Assembly (NCBI GenBank): GCA_012295275.1
Contig: CM022668.1
Span: forward strand, 5,022,001 to 5,086,000
Source: Chrysomallon squamiferum
Lineage: Eukaryota > Animalia > Mollusca
Length of the DNA stretch: 64,000 bases
Direction: 5' to 3'
The position numbers were made by a program, and so were the translations under genes. Shown here piece by piece: positions 62,495 to 64,000 of this stretch. Numbering within the stretch: the first letter of the stretch is position 1; every line of letters begins with the position of its first letter. The notes under the pieces are model-generated. The model made no database searches. It saw only the letters and a list, made by a program, of their open reading frames with translations, and was not told the origin of the DNA.

Positions 62495-62760
62495 AAGAAG
62501 TCACGTGATAACCTTAGCTGGTTCGAACCCCACGCCGACCGCACCAACCCACACTCGTCACGTAGGCTTCGGCTTGTAGTTCAGAGTTAGGGGTCACCTT
62601 GAGAGAGTGCACGATCAATTCTCCTCAGTACACTTTGTAACAGCGCGTGCGTTCATCTTCGTGTTGTTTTATTAATCAAATGTCTATCCACTGATCTAAG
62701 ACTCATGCTGCTAGAGCAGAATTAATTTTTGTTGGCAGATGTTAAGTTTTCTGAGTATTA
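62495..62760 (+). mobile_element. SINE-like repeat family 2, most complete copy
   Basis: B-box GGTTCGAACCCC followed by the shared core. Other copies at 61245-61405 and 63480-63610; a head starts again at ~63970. Confidence 0.6.
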
Positions 62761-63303
62761 ATATTGTGATGCTTGGGGTAAGTCATCCTGTATGTATTGC
62801 AAACGATTTTTACTAAGCTCATGAAGTATATTCATCATGTACAAATGTATTTTCATGTGTAATTATACGTATGTGTATTTAATGTATGTATGTATGTATG
62901 TATGTATGTTTGATGTATGTATGTAGGTAGTTAGGTTTCTATTAAATGAATTTATAAAAGAACAAAACCTACTTGTTGTAGGAGTTTCAGTAACCAAAAG
63001 AAAGTTTCAAATCTAATAAAAATTTTGAGCGTCATTTCAAAGACTAAACAGTATTTTTAATGTACATTATATATATTATTTCATCTGTTAAAGTATTTGT
63101 GTGAGGAAATGTATGTATCATGCTTCAGTTTATGTATATGTGCACCTGCATATGTGTTTCTGTATGCATGTGTGTATATAAATATATATTTATTTATATA
63201 TTTATAGATAGATAGATAGGTATTTGTGAATGTATGTAATTATGTATGTATATATATTTTCGTGTGTATGGATGTATGAGCGTGAGTATGTATATGTAAA
63301 TTA

Positions 63304-63381
<78 letters not shown>

Positions 63382-63409
63382 TAATAATTAATAATCATAT
63401 ATGAATGAA

Positions 63410-63444
<35 letters not shown>

Positions 63445-63885
63445 AAAACAGGAATACTAATCTCCTGAGTGGCTGCAAACACATCACTTGTCCTCGGTGC
63501 ACAGCGCATTAATAAAATATTTAACCACTGATCTGAGACCCATGCTGCTAGTGCAGAATTAACTGTAGTTGACAGATGCTGAGTTTTCTGCGCATTACTA
63601 TCTTAAAGTTTATATGTACGTATGAATGTAAGTATGTGTATATATCTTTGAATTTATGTGTCTACGTATGCATAATATGTATATATTTATGAATTTATAT
63701 ATGTATGCATGAATGTGTTTATGTGTGTGTATGTAATAATAATAACAATAATAATAATAATGACAGTAACAATAACGATTCTAACAATATAAATAGCAAT
63801 AATATTTTGACTCTCGAATCAACAAATCTGTCTACCACTTCAAGAGTGGTAAGTTGTGATGCTAACATTAGTCAAAAACAGTAAC

Positions 63886-63939
<54 letters not shown>

Positions 63940-64000
63940 TCTAACTATACTTCATCTAAATGTCCAAACAAGTCACGTGATAATATATGCTGGTTCGTAC

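Overview
This is very AT-rich, microsatellite-dense eukaryotic genomic DNA. It is probably invertebrate, possibly mollusc/cephalopod-like, but that is inferred from repeat content only. Almost all ORFs in the supplied track are microsatellite artefacts. Reading splice sites by hand reveals a tandem/inverted cluster of a small secreted-protein family built from micro-exons. Exon 1 encodes a signal peptide plus a His/Gly/Trp-rich segment. A 65-nt exon 2 encodes a Cys-flanked coiled coil. Strings of symmetric phase-1 micro-exons of 9-18 nt follow, encoding Thr/Pro/Lys-rich modules such as KPTT, KGTT and PPTT. Genes end either in a 1-3 codon terminal exon or in a six-Cys (C-C-C-C-CC) domain exon. 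Two minus-strand genes look intact (11354->6115 with 5 micro-exons; 54296->46457 with 13). One plus-strand gene (14971->19689) is near intact. A large minus-strand gene (>=42759->29779) has four ~3.1-kb tandem units of micro-exons plus a Cys-domain exon. Several relics/pseudogenes surround them. About 4.2-28.5 kb is duplicated at about 44.6-63.3 kb. Other content: a Tigger/pogo-like element, Penelope-like RT fragments, a LINE 3' end, tRNA-derived SINE-like repeats, minisatellites and a 200-N gap. All gene models are manual predictions with no transcript evidence.
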